From contig JBHGBC010000007.1 of the NCBI GenBank assembly GCA_041946805.1, forward strand, positions 7,527 through 71,526: a stretch of 64,000 nt of DNA. Reading direction: 5' to 3'. This DNA is from a bacterium. GTDB taxonomy: Bacteria; Hinthialibacterota; Hinthialibacteria; Hinthialibacterales; Hinthialibacteraceae. The notes below the pieces were generated by a model. That model did no database searches and was not told the origin of the DNA. It saw only the letters and a list, made by a program, of their open reading frames with translations. Made by a program: the position numbers and the translations under genes. The stretch's first letter is position 1, and the number at the start of each line of letters is the position of its first letter. This document shows positions 39,655-50,600 of this stretch, piece after piece.

Positions 39655-41229
39655 TCATTCGTCCTGCACCCATTTGCGGACGGTGTTGGGGGAGATCCCC
39701 AACGCCTCGGCCGCCTGAGAGATGTTGCCGCCGAAAAGCCGGTGGACGTGCCGGATGTAGGTTTTGCGGATTTCCGCCTCGGTCACGACCTCGGCGGGAT
39801 GGGATGGACAGAACATACGCCGGCCGGAGGCGTTGTCCTCATCCGCGCGGGCGGTGCCGGCGTGGAACAGGGCGATTTCCTCGGCCAGAATATCCCGCAC
39901 CGGCTGTTTCATGTAAGCCGCCCGCCGGAGGATGTTGATGAATTGGCGGATGTTGCCCGGCCAATCGTATTTGTAAATGGCCTCCCAGTCGGCCTTGGTG
40001 ATTTCCAGGGCATACCCTTTGTGCTTGAGTTCATAGATCTCGCTGCGGGCGATGGAGGGGAGATCCTCCAGCCGTTCCTTGAGCGGGGGAACGTGCAAAA
40101 ACAGGACATTGAGGCGGTGGAACAGGTCCCGGCGGAACGTGCCCGCGCGGACCATGGCCGGCAGGTCCTGATTGGTGGCGGCGATCACGCGCACATCCAC
40201 GTCATGGGATTTCATGGTGCCCAGGGGCGTGACCCGGCGTTCCTCGAGCACGCGCAGCAGCTGGGTTTGCACGGGCAGCGGAAGCTCGCCGGCTTCGTCA
40301 AGGAACAGGGTACCATCGTCAGCCGCGGCGAACGCCCCGGGCTGGGCGTCCTTCGCTCCCGTGTAAGCCCCCGCGGCATGGCCGAACAGCCGGTCGTGGG
40401 CCAGATCGGTGTTGAGGCTGAGGATGGCGCAATTGACCGGAATGAAGGGACCTGGGCGGCCGCTGGCCTCGTGCAGCAGCCGGGCGGCGATTTCCTTGCC
40501 GGATCCCGTGGGACCGATCACCAGCACGGGCTCGGGGACCGGTCCCAGGCGGGCGATCTGAGTGCGCATGCGCTGCATGGCCTTGCTGTTGCCCAAGGGA
40601 ATGGCGTAGCGCCCCTCTTTCCGGTAGGATACGGCTACGCGGCGGTCGGCTTCGGTGAAGGGAACCAGCCCCGCGAGTTTTTGGATGACATGGATGTAAC
40701 TGGACTTGTCCTCGTATTTGAAATACCGGCTGGCGCCGGCCGCGATCAAATCGTGCCAAAGGGCATCGGTTTCCGACCGCTTCAGGTCGCGGTTCACAAA
40801 TTGCCGGGCCAGGGTCAACAAAGTTCCCGTGATCTCGGTGTCCCGGATTTTGAGATGCTGATACACCGCCTCGGTGTTGCTCGAACAGGGTATAAACACC
40901 GGCACGCACACTGGGATCAACAAGGTCCGGTATTCATCCAGGTATCCCCGCCCGCAGTACCACAAGACCTTGATCCGCTTTTTTACAAACGCTCCGAGGA
41001 CGGTGGTCACCCCCGCGATGTTATCATACACACCCACGCCGCAGATATGGATGATGCCCGGCGGGGGATCCAGTCCGGCGATTTCCTCCAGGGTCAGGGC
41101 GATCCGTTGCGCGCTGGTGGTGACGATCTGGGCCTTGGGGAAGCGCTGCAACACCATGGCGGCGGCGCATGCCCCATCCGTGCCGTTGGTGGTGAGAATC
41201 AAATGCGGCTGATTTTGGGAATACGGCAT
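39655..41229 (-). CDS. sigma-54-dependent transcriptional activator (bEBP) with non-receiver N-terminal domain
   Basis: AAA+ sigma-54 activation domain: Walker A VLVIGPTGSGKE, GAFTGA-variant FGHAAGAYTGA, and GTLFLDEAGELPLPVQTQLLRVLEE. C-terminal Fis-type HTH (GNISQAAEALGISPNTVRKW). The ~240-aa N-terminus lacks the REC-domain acidic pocket. Confidence 0.85.
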   Translation of the reverse strand: MPYSQNQPHLILTTNGTDGACAAAMVLQRFPKAQIVTTSAQRIALTLEEIAGLDPPPGIIHICGVGVYDNIAGVTTVLGAFVKKRIKVLWYCGRGYLDEYRTLLIPVCVPVFIPCSSNTEAVYQHLKIRDTEITGTLLTLARQFVNRDLKRSETDALWHDLIAAGASRYFKYEDKSSYIHVIQKLAGLVPFTEADRRVAVSYRKEGRYAIPLGNSKAMQRMRTQIARLGPVPEPVLVIGPTGSGKEIAARLLHEASGRPGPFIPVNCAILSLNTDLAHDRLFGHAAGAYTGAKDAQPGAFAAADDGTLFLDEAGELPLPVQTQLLRVLEERRVTPLGTMKSHDVDVRVIAATNQDLPAMVRAGTFRRDLFHRLNVLFLHVPPLKERLEDLPSIARSEIYELKHKGYALEITKADWEAIYKYDWPGNIRQFINILRRAAYMKQPVRDILAEEIALFHAGTARADEDNASGRRMFCPSHPAEVVTEAEIRKTYIRHVHRLFGGNISQAAEALGISPNTVRKWVQDE

Positions 41230-41642
41230 GATTTGTAAGAACAAGCATCTCTATTCGGGTGATCAAGCTTCTATACTATATTATTCCAGGACGGGTCATG
41301 GTAGATCTCATGGAACACGCATCCGGATTTTCGATGAGTGTTGACGATCCATGGTTATATATTTCTGGGGGAGAAATAGGGATGTTGTCCGAGAGGTCTC
41401 CCCATCGATTGGTTACGCGAAGGGTGTCATCCAGGCGAAACGGGGTTCTGGCGATTGTCCAGGATTGAAACTCCGGATGCCAGAGGATCCTCCAATATTA
41501 TGGAAGGGAGGCGCGTTGCCGCGTGCCCCCATTATTTGAATTGGACATCCCTCCCTCCTCTCCCAGAGAAATTGGTTCCTCGATTTGATTCAGTTGCGGG
41601 ATGCAACGCATCAAAACCGAACAATTCCCGGATGGCCCATTT

Positions 41643-44600
41643 TTAATGCGTCCCTTTCCACCTATCCGAGAAGAGCAGCAAGTCTTTCCGGTCGATCCGG
41701 CCGTCCTGGTTGAGATCGGCGGCGGATGATCCATGCCAGTTGTGGATGAGGATCAGCAGGTCCACGCGGTTGACGAACCCGTCCTGGTTCAGATCACCGA
41801 ATAGTGAATGAGCCTTCGTCGTAAACCAGGCGAACTCGGACCACTCGCTCCATTGTTCGTTGGCGTCCTGGTACCGGACGCGCCATTCGTAGTTTTGGCC
41901 GCTTTGGAGTGGACCTAACGGGATCTTGGTTTGGGAGGTGGGAGCGAGGGATCCGCTTTCCCAAACCAATGTGCCGAAGGTGTACTCGCGGATTTCGAAT
42001 TGCGCCGCCTTCCGCGGAGTGCCCAGGGGATGCGCGTATTCCGAGGCTTGCAGGACCGGGGTCAAGGCGGGCGAATACGCGCCGGCCACGGGAGAAAGAG
42101 CCTCGGGCGGGTTGGGCGGCTGCGTGGCGAGAGTATGGATGGTTTCGTTGGTGACGATCGCCGCGTTTGCGTCGAACACGATGGATGCCTGGTTGCGGAT
42201 GGCGGTCCCCGGCTGCAATCCGGCCGCGGGATCGATCCGGAACGTGACATGGCCCTCGCCGCGGCCCGTGGCGGAGTCGTTGGGCGGCAGGAAGCCCGCG
42301 GTCCCGTCCAGGGGGATCGCGCCGGTTTCGGGATCGATCAGGGTCAACGTCCACCGCGCCCGGCCGGTGTAGGGATTCAGGCGCGCCTCGATGTCCACCG
42401 CGTATTCATCCCAGGCCACACGTTGATAGTGATCGGTATGCCCCGCCGGGATGGGAATGATCCGGCCGCCGATGGCCACCTCGGACAGCTCGAAGGAAGT
42501 CCAGTCCAATTGGTTGCTCAGATCGTCGGTGAGGATGACCTGTTGGACCGAGGCCGTGGCTTCCGGGGTGTTTTCGAAGAAGATGGTGTAGGTCAGGGGA
42601 TCCTGGCCGGAGATGACCGCCTCCTTGCCGCCGGGACCGGTCTTCTCGTTGGGATCGCGAGTGACGACCACAGGGGAGTTGGTTTGCTGGACGGGGGTCG
42701 TGGGCGGCTGGGGGAAGGGAGATTTTTCGCCCGTGCAATCGAGATACTTTTGAAACGCCTTTTGCGCCCGCGCGACGTACAACTGATACGCGTGGTAGCG
42801 TCCGGAGGCGGCGTTGGTGTTATCGCGGATGCTGCGGACCGCATCGATGGTGGATTCGACCAGTTTGATCGATTCGTTGACGATCCCGATCAGGTTGAGG
42901 ACCGGTTCGAAGGCGCGCTTGAATTCTTCACTCTTAATCATATTCATAAGTGGTTTCAACTTGGCCAGGAGACCCAGGAAGGTATGAAATTCCTCGGCGA
43001 TGGAGCGCCAAGTCAGCTCGTTGTTCCGTGCGTCTTTCAAGAAGGTGAGCCGGCCCTTGTATTGTTCGATGTAGGAAAGCACCTTGAGCAGCCGCTGCCC
43101 CCAGACTTTGCCTTCCTTCAGTTTCTGGATGGCGGCGATGATCTTGGGGCCGTTGACCACGGCGGCGGCTCCGGCTTCGTAAGCGGCCAGTTCGAGCTCG
43201 GCGATCTTCCCGGCCAGCACCGCGGCCTGCAGGCCTACTTCGCCACCGCTGGCCAGCCAGGTGAAATTGGCGTTGCCCTTGGCCTTCCAGGCGTCCATGT
43301 AGACATATTCCGATTGCGCGAGCAGTTTGCCCACGTTTTTCGCTTCATTACGGCATTGGGCATCGGGATTTTTGACGATGGCGTTCCAGTTTTGCAATCC
43401 GCCCGCGTGGTTGATCATCTCCATCACGCGGGGATCGCGGGCCAGGCCGCTGCGTTCGGTCACGAACAGACGGTAATCCGCGGGAATGTTGGTGTTGGAA
43501 AGCCAATCGAGGAATCCATCGAGATATTCTTGAAAGCCCCGGGCATTCATCAACGATGCGCTTGGATCATCGGCGAGTTTTTTGGTGGTATCGACGAATT
43601 GCGGTGTGATGGGCCAGGGATCGAAGCCCGCGCCCGGCGCGAGCGGCAGTGCTATATCCTTGACGAATGAGCCGGATAGATCGGTGACTTCCACGCTGTC
43701 TTTGGCAACCTGGGAACCGAAAATAATATCCAATTGATAACTTCCGACAGCGAGAGGCGTGGACTGATACACCCCCTCCGCGCTCGCGGTGGAGCGGGCG
43801 GCTTCCAGGCCATCCAGTTTGAAGATCACCACCGCGCCCGCCAGTGGCAACAGGGATGCGCTGTCCCGGATCGTGCCGGTTACGGTTTGGTCTTCACTGG
43901 GCAGGGTGATGCTCAATGGCGGTGTCGCGCCACTCTCCAGCACCGCAAATCCGGACTGCTTGTACCGGGGGAATCCCGCGGCTTGCACGTGGACCTCATA
44001 GGTTCCGGCGGCCATCCCTGCCATGGTGAAAGTTCCATCCCCGGCGCTGAAAGATTTGAGTCCGGGATCCCCGGCCGCTTCTTTGAATAGGACCACTGCG
44101 TCCGAGACGGGATCTCCGGTCCGCGCGGAGACGATTTTGCCCGTGACCAGGCTCTCCGCGGGCAGGGCGAAATCCAGGGATAATGCGGAATCGCCCAGCG
44201 TGACTTGTTGCGTCATCCGGCCCAGGCCGGGTGCGATGACCGCCAGCAGGTAGTTCCCCGGAACCAGGTGGTTCAACTCATACTGGCCGTCCGCGCCGGA
44301 TGAGGCCATCGATCCCTGCCGTACCTCCGCGCCGGGATCGAGAGGAACCGCCTCGATGATGGCGTTCTCCACTCCCAGGGCCGAGGTTCCCGCGGTGATG
44401 GTCCCGGCGATCTTTCCCGATGCCGCGATGAGAGTGATTCCATCCATGTTTCCGTTGACCTGGATGGTCTGTCGCGGGAATGTGTAATCGGCCAGCAAGG
44501 CGCTGAGAGTCAGACTGCGTTGGGGCAGGTTATGGAAGGCGAATCCGCCTTGCCCATCACTCATCACCATGCCCAGCACGACTCCATCCACGCTGACCGC

Positions 44601-47600
44601 CGAGACGAGGCTGTCCGCCAGGGGCGTAATGCCGTCCGCGTCCAGCACCCGGCCGGTGAGGGATCCACCGGGCGGGAGGAGCACGTCGCCCAGCGTGTTG
44701 GCCGCGCCGCTCTGGATTTCGATCATCCGGATTTGCAGTTCATATCCGGTGGCGTTGATCCAGACGCTATGGATTCCCGGCGTAAGCCGGGACACGGTGA
44801 AATTCCCGAGCGCGTTGGTTTGGGCGGTGTCGGACGTTTGCGTGACCAGGTTGGTGAACAGCAGGATGGCATTCTCCAAGGGTGATCCCGCCGCGGCATC
44901 CAAGACCCGGCCTTGGCAGACCGCGCCGCGCTTCATCTGGATCGTCAGGCCGTTGAGTCCCGATTCGGGCACGGTGACCGCGAGCGGCGCGAGGACCTGG
45001 TACCCGTCCGCCTGGCAGCGCAATTCATAATTACCCGGCGCGAGTTCGGCAATGGAATATGTCCCATCCTCGAATGACCAGGCAGGCAGAAGGCTTCCCT
45101 GGGGAGTTTTGAGATAGATCATCGGGTTGGCGATAGGCTGGCCGGTATCGGCGTCCTGGACCACGCCGTTCAAGTACACGGAAGGCTCGAGCAGGAAATC
45201 CACTTCCTTCAAGGCCCGGCCGTTCCAGACCTGCAGCCCGTCGTAGCGTTTGGCGGCGTACGAGGGATGCAGCGCTTCGAGGCTGTAAAGGCCCGCGGGC
45301 AGGGCGGGGAAGCGGTAGGCCCCTGTTTCATCCGCCACCATGGCGCGGATTCCGCCCAGGCCGTCCTGCAGCGTGAGCATGACGCCCTCGAAGGGCGTAC
45401 GGCCGGGCATCTCGAATACGGTTCCCTCGATGATCCCGCCATAGGGAACCCGCCATTCCACGCCGGATACGATTTGCCCTTCGTTCACGTTGATTTGACC
45501 CGGATTGACGCCGGGGTAACCGTTGACCTCGATGGAGTAGATGCCGGAGGGCAGATTGATGAACTCGAATTGCCCTTCGGCGTTGGTATCGGCGGTGGTG
45601 GAGAAGGCGGGAATCCCGGAGCTGGAGATGTTTTGGATCAAGATACTCGCCCCGGTCTGGGGATGGCCGTATTCCTCATCCACCAGCCGGCCGTGGATTT
45701 CCCCGCCCGGTTTTTGTTGGAGGGGGCCGAGGAGGCGGGCCAGCAGTTCATCCGCGCCGGCCAGGATGACGCCCTGACTCCACAAGCCGGTGGCCATTGT
45801 GGCGAGGGCGTCTTGGTAATCACCCCAGGTGGGGCCCACCGCGTCCACGTAGGCGGTCCATTCCGGCGCGTCCCACGCCACCAGCGAATTCAAGTCCTGG
45901 ATGGCCTCCAGGCTGAACGAAATGCGATTCGCGGCGCCTGACTGGAAATAAACGGCGATGGAACCTTCCGCGCCGGGGGCCAGAATCCCCGCCGGGCCTT
46001 CCCGGGGGACCGCGAGGAACCGGACGGGCTTCGTCTCCAGCGGCGCGTCCGGATCGAGGCCGAGGGGGACATCCGCTTCGGACCGGAGCAGCAACACCGG
46101 CGCGGTCATGTCCGCGTCGCCGGTATTTTGATACCGGATCAGCAGCGTATACGTACGTCCCGGGCGGATGGCGTTGGGGGCCAGCAATTCCGCTTCCAGG
46201 CGCGGGCCGATACCGGGAGTCACCTGGAACGCGTTTTCGAAGGTAGATTGAGCGATGCCGCCCGGCCATTTCACCTCGAGATTGTACGAACCGATTGGCG
46301 CACCGCGCAGATTCATCCGCGCGTGCAGTTTCGTTGAATCGGGAACCAGGATTTCATAGGCGGAAATGGCCGTCCCGCCCGGTCCCGCCAGGCGTACCTC
46401 CACGCCGGATTGGAAGAGGGAGCCTTCGAGGGACAATGTGACATCGCCGAGATTGCCACCCTGCGTGGGCGACAGCGAAACGACATATTGGTCCACATAG
46501 TCGAATTGGATTTGATACGTTTCCTGGCTGTCAGCCAAACCGATGGCGAAGACGAGGAAATAATAATCCCCCTCCCCGGTTTGGGTCATCAGCAATTCAT
46601 ACGCGGGCCGCAGTTGAGGTGTAATAGACCGGCGGTCATACCGCGCGGGAGAAGGTTCGTACCCCAGGGCGGCAAAGATGTGGTACCGGCTGGAAGCGTT
46701 GGCGTGGATCAGACGGCACAACAAGTTGCGCCCGGCTTGCGCGTGGAATTTGTACAATTTCAGGCCATATTTCTCGACGGTTTCGGAATAGGGCGTATGG
46801 AGCTCCACCTCGCGCGCCACGAGGACCTGATCCGGGACCTGCTCTTCGCTGGTGAACCACGGCTCGAACAGGACTCCCTGCGAGACGGAGTCCCCGTTCC
46901 CCGGGCCGCTTCCCGAGGGGCCGTTCGCGCTGCCCCACCAGTTGAAGGTGGCGTTCACGTTGATCGAGGGCGAGAGGTTGTTCACTCCCGCCTGGTTGCC
47001 CACGATGTGGGAAAACTGCACGGCCGCGTCCATGCCCGATTGCCCGTTGGTTTCCAGCGCCGTCCCGTTGTTCAGAAAGCGGCTGTAGGCGGTGGTCATG
47101 CGGGCGGATTGCAGCACACGCAAGGCAAATTGATTGTATTCGAAACGGCAGCTCTCCAGGCTCACATCCGCCAGGCCCCGCGCTTCCACACCCGCCCGGC
47201 CGATGCCCGCGTTGCGGATCACCGCATGGCGGATCGATCCCTTGCCTTCATCCTGGAGGAGAATGCCGGCATAGACCGACCAGCGCGTCGCGTCGGGAAC
47301 CGTGGGTGGAGCGGCCAGCTGGACAGGCTGATTTATCTGGCCGTTGATGCCCAGGAATCCCGAGACCACGAATCCCGCATCCCCTCCTTCGAGGGCGATG
47401 AAAGTCCCCGGCCGGATTTGCAAGGAACCGGTGGGCGCGATGGTCCGCGAACGGTGAATTTCGTAATATCCGCCCAGGAGCGCGTGGAGCGCGCCGCTTT
47501 CTTTCAACTCCCCGCTGCCGATCTCCAATCCGGCCTGGTCTCCGGAGACGATGTTGCCCGGCTCGGATGACGCGGCGGTGAGGAAATTCACCGAACCCGT

Positions 47601-50600
47601 CCGGTTGTTGCCCAGAAATTGATTGTTGCCGAAGCGGATACGCGATTCATCGCCGTAGGTGAACAACGCGTCCGTGTTTTCCTGGAACACGTTGCCCCGC
47701 AGCGTGAGTTGGGCCTGGTCCCGCACAGCCACGCCCTGCCCGTTTTTTGTGAACCGGCTGGCGGTGATTTCCACCGCGGCCTTCTGATCGCCCCGGAGGC
47801 CGCCCCGGGTGTTATCCTCGAACGACAGGTTGGTGAGCGTGGCGGCGGTGGCTTCGGCGATCATCCCGTAGTTCAGGCTCTCGCGCAGCGTCAGGTTTTC
47901 CAACGTCACATCGGCGCCTGCCATGAGGCGGAACTGAGATTCCAATCCCTCGGACGCGAAATTGGAGCCGCCGTATTCCACCTCCGCCTGGCTGAGGCGC
48001 CCGGACGATCCGGCCGTGAACACCAGCGCGCCCCAATGACCCCGGGCGGGAACTGTCTGGGCCGATGTGAAAAGAATGGGGAGCGTATCGGAACCGGCCG
48101 CATCCAATCTCCCTTTTATGAGAAGATCCGATGAGATTTGCAGAAACTGAATCGTGTTGCCCTTGGCAATGGTAATCCGGGCTTCCGGGGCGATTTCGAC
48201 GTCCTCGGAGATCAGGTAGGGAATGCCCGGTTCGATCCACTCGCCGCTGCCGGTCCAGCTGCCGCCCGCGATCTTGATGGCGTTGAAGCGGTTGGCCACG
48301 GCGGCGGCATCCTGAATGACGGGAAACGCGTTGGGGAAAATCTGCGCCGCGAGGCCCTTGTTATTTTGGATGACCGGTTCGATGAACACGGGGGAGCCGT
48401 TCTTGATCCAAATGCCGTCGCTGTTGCTGTATTGAAACACGCAATTTTCCAAGGCGGGCGAGGCTCCGTCACAAAATACCATGGAAGCCTGCGTAAGGCT
48501 GGCGAAGTTGGAACCGCCGTATTCCATCACGCAATGCTGGAGCCGGGTGATGGCGTTGTTGGTGGTGGAGCTGAAATAGATCCCGCCCCAGGATCCCGGC
48601 GCGGGCGTCCGATGGAGCGAAGTGAAACGGATGGGATTGGACACGGTCCCCACGGCCCACAGCGCGCCGTCCACCCGGAGATCGGCCGCGATGTCCGTGA
48701 ACTGGAGTTCCGTTCCCGGATCGATGGTCAGCATGGCTTCCGGGGCGATCACCACATCGTTGCGGATCAGGTAGGGGATTTCGGCATAATCCCACCGCCC
48801 GCTGCTATTCATGGTTCCGTTCAGGATCAGGATGCCGTCGAACTGGTTACTCTCCGCCGAGACCGCAGTGAATTGCGGGAAAGATTGGAGGTCCATGAAA
48901 GCGGCGTAATTGGCGTTGGCTGCGAAACGCACGGATGCCACGTTCGCGCGGGAAGTGATCAGGCTCAATCCGTTGGTATGGGAGTTGGCGATCCAGCAAT
49001 CGCTCAGCGTGGGGGATGATGCTTCGCAGCGGATCATGGAATCCACCGTGGCGGAGGCGAAATTGGTTCCACCGTAGCGGATCTGGCAATGTTTCAAGAT
49101 CGAGCCATCCGATCCCGAGTTGCTGAAGAGGATTCCTCCCCACGCGTTATCGGGGATGTCTTTCAGGGAGGTGAACACGATGGGCCGGCCGGTTTCCCCC
49201 GCCGCGTACAAGGTTCCCTGGATGATGAAATCCGTGGCGATGTCTCGGGATTGCACCACCGTCCCCGGATCGATGGTCAACGTGGCGCCGGAGGCGAGGG
49301 TGATGTCCGAATCGAGAAGATAGGGGATTTCCGCGTAGTCCCAGCGGCCGCCGGCCAGGATGGTCCCTCCCCGGATCAGGAGCGCGTCGTATCCGTTGCC
49401 CTCGGCCGTGATGCCGGTGAACACGGGGAAACACCGCGCGTCCATGTAGAGGGCGGCCGCCCGGTTGTTCACGAAGTGAATGGAGGTCAATTGGGCCTGG
49501 GAATCGATCAGGCTGATCCCGGCGTTGGCGGAATCCTCAACCCGGCACGCGTTGAACGTGGGCGAGCTGCTTTCGCACCGGATCATGGAATCAATCGCCG
49601 CGGACGCGAAATTGCTTCCCCCGTGGCGGACCGCGCAATGTTCCAAAACCGAGGCGTTGGCCGTGGAACCCGTGAAGAGGATGCCTCCCCAGCGGTTTTC
49701 CGGTTTGTCTCCCATCGATGTAAACAATATAGGTTGGTCCGCGCCGCCCACGGCATGCAAGGTTCCCTTGACCAGCAGGTCGACGGCCAGGTCTCCCGTT
49801 TGGATGACCGTGGCGGGATCGATGGTCAACGTCACGCCGGATTCGAGGGTCACATCGCCCGCGAGGAGGTAGGGGAGTTCGGCATAGTCCCAACGCCCAC
49901 TGGCAGTCAATGATCCGCTCCGGACCTGGATGGCGTCGAAACCGTTGCCCTCGGCGGTGACGGACGTGAACACGGGAAACGAGGCGGTGTCCATGGTGAC
50001 CGCCGCGCGGGGATTCCCCTTGAACAGGACCGATGAGATCACGGCGGCTGAATTCACCAGGCACATCCCGTGATTCTTTGAAGCCTCCATCCGGCAATTG
50101 CGGAACAGGGGGGAGGCGTTTTCGCAGCGGATCATGGCGTCCTGGGTGGCCGAGGCGAAATTGCTGCCCCCGTGGCGGAGCTCGCAATATTCCAGCAGGG
50201 ACGCGTTGGTTTCATTGCCTGAAAATAGAATACCGCCCCAACTGTTCGCGGCCTCGTCGTTCAGGGAGGTGAAAACAATCGGATTGCCGCTGGCGCCCAC
50301 CGCCGTCAGTTTGCCGGCCGCGATCAGGTCGTCTTCGATTCCGGCAAACTGGATGACGGCGCCCGCCTCGATGGTCAACGCCGCGCCGCTGTCGATCTGG
50401 ATATCATGGTCAACCAGGTACGGCAGGTTCGAAAACCGCCAGACATTCGTTTCCAGGATATGGCCCCCATCGATACGGAGGCCATCGAAGCGGTTGCCCG
50501 TGGCGCTGTTGTTGGACAAGGCGGGGGAGCAGGAGGGAGTCATCTGGACCGCGTCTTGCGCGTTGGCGGTAAAGACGCAATCGGAAAGGACCGCTTCCGA

